Positions 62,664 to 64,000 of a DNA stretch of 64,000 nt are shown here, piece by piece; positions within the stretch are counted from its first letter, which is position 1; each line of letters begins with the position of its first letter. Below the pieces are notes generated by a model. It searched no databases and had not been told where the DNA came from. It was given only the letters and a program-made list of their open reading frames with translations. The stretch covers positions 1,521,032 through 1,585,031 of the forward strand of contig MU004182.1 in NCBI GenBank assembly GCA_010093605.1, in the 5' to 3' direction. Source of the stretch: Lophium mytilinum (lineage: Eukaryota). The translations under genes were made by a program, and so were the position numbers.

Positions 62664-64000
62664 TTAACCCTACTAACTATAGAAAATTCTTTAATAAAAT
62701 AAATAGACTACCTATTACTAATAATAAGATTAAATAGCTACTACTAGATTAGCTCTATTACCTTTATAATATATAGAACCTATAAGTAGCTAATATACTA
62801 CCCCCCCACCGCAAAATAGACTACTTAATTAACTTTACGCCTAATAGTAAGCTACTAGTATAGAAGGTCTATAGTCTCTTATAAGATTAAGCCGCTATAG
62901 TTAAAGTATTTATTAATAAAATATAATCTAAAGGCTTTATTTAACTAAGTTTATCCTTCTTTACTACTCTAATACTTATTATTAAGAAACCTAGTAGGGG
63001 CCTATATATCTATATAGACTATAGAGGACTAAATAATATTATAATTAAAAGCTATAATATACCGCCTCTAGTTAAGAATATATTAGCCCTACTAGCTAAA
63101 GCTAAATACTATACTAAGCTAGATATTATTAGCGCCTTTAACGCTCTATATATTAAAGAAGGTAATAAATATAAAATAGCATTCTTAATAAGATAGGGTC
63201 TATTTAAATTCTTAGTCCTTCTATTTAGCTTATATAATGCACCTAGCTTATTCTAAGCCTATATTAATAATATACTATATAAGAATCTTAACTAGTACTA
63301 TATAGCCTATATAAATAACGTACTTATCTTTAGTAATAACCTAGAAGAGTATAAGAAATATATTATCTCTATAGTTATAAAACTAAAAGATATAGGCCTC
63401 TTTTTTAATATTTATAAGTCTAAATTTGCAGTCTAGAAAGTTAAGTACCTAGGCATTATTATAGGCGTTAACGGCGTGTATATAGACCTATATAAGGTTT
63501 AAATAGTACTTAACTAGCCTATTTCTAGAAACCTTAAGAATATCTAGACTTTTCTAGGTTTCTATAACTTCTACTATTATTTTATTACTAGATATTCTAA
63601 GTTTATAGTACCTCTCTCTACGCTTATATTATCTACTAGAAAATTATTTAAATTCCCCTAGAAAGATAATAGTAATAAAGTACACGCGTTTACCCGCATT
63701 AAGAAATATTTCTAGAATGCCCTCTAGCTAGCTCTATAGAACCTAGACTATAAGATATAGATTAAATATAATTTCTTAGATTATATAGTAGTAGCTATAC
63801 TATTATAGGTCTAACTAGATAGTACTCTATAACCTATTACCTTTATATTATAATAAATAATACTATAGTAAATTAACTATACTATCTATAATAAGAAACT
63901 GCTTACTATAGTTCTAGCGTTTAAAGACTAGCGCCTAGAACTTACCGGCTAAGGCTAGAAATATAGTAGCCCTATTAATATAATCTCTAACTATAAGAAC

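Larger units (their letters stand above)
32005..64000. other. AT-rich, RIP-mutated repeat block (heterochromatin-like compartment)
   Basis: Abrupt switch to TpA-saturated sequence with CpA/TpG visibly depleted. Only one track ORF in 32 kb. Composed of transposon relics throughout. Confidence 0.95.
47723..64000 (+). mobile_element. Ty3/Gypsy relic C (5' LTR, gag, protease, RT, RNase H); contains D; continues past the window end
   Basis: LTR 47723-47942; zinc knuckle relic ~50700; protease DTG relic ~51185. After D it resumes at 62664 with RT (KKPSRGLYIYIDYRGLN...YYTKLDIISAFNAL, YINNV) and RNase H (IYNKKLL = IYDKELL). Confidence 0.87.

Noticed and set aside
32005..64000. Centromere, mitochondrial insertion or alternative genetic code as the explanation for the AT block
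   Set aside because: All of it maps to RIP-mutated transposons, and the excess TAA/TAG arises from CAA/CAG/TGG/CGA. Centromere identity cannot be judged from this window alone.

Overview
Eukaryotic DNA from a filamentous ascomycete (short GT-AG introns with CTRAY branch sites, RIP-type mutation), in two sharply separated compartments. About 1-32 kb is GC-balanced and gene-dense. It holds a partial SLOG-like gene, a DUF4267-like membrane protein, a lightly RIP-mutated Mutator/MULE transposon (1841-4692, ~130-bp TIRs, 8-bp TSD), CAF-1 subunit B (CAC2), a Cip1 homologue without CBM1, a C2H2/DUF3295 chimeric gene, an SV2-like MFS transporter, a patatin fused to a helical tail, a CFEM-like membrane protein, two F-box genes, FAT1 and a WW-domain protein. 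From ~32005 to the end is an AT-rich, heavily RIP-mutated block that resolves into one nested stack. A Tc1-like (DD37E) transposon is interrupted by Gypsy element A. A contains complete element B (35383-43263, TSD TTTAT) and element C. C contains complete element D (51867-62663, TSD TTAAC). The most unusual signal is in D: a ~3.1-kb extra sense-strand reading frame between pol and the 3' LTR. Domain calls come from motif recognition by eye, and de-RIP translations are inferences; no searches were run.
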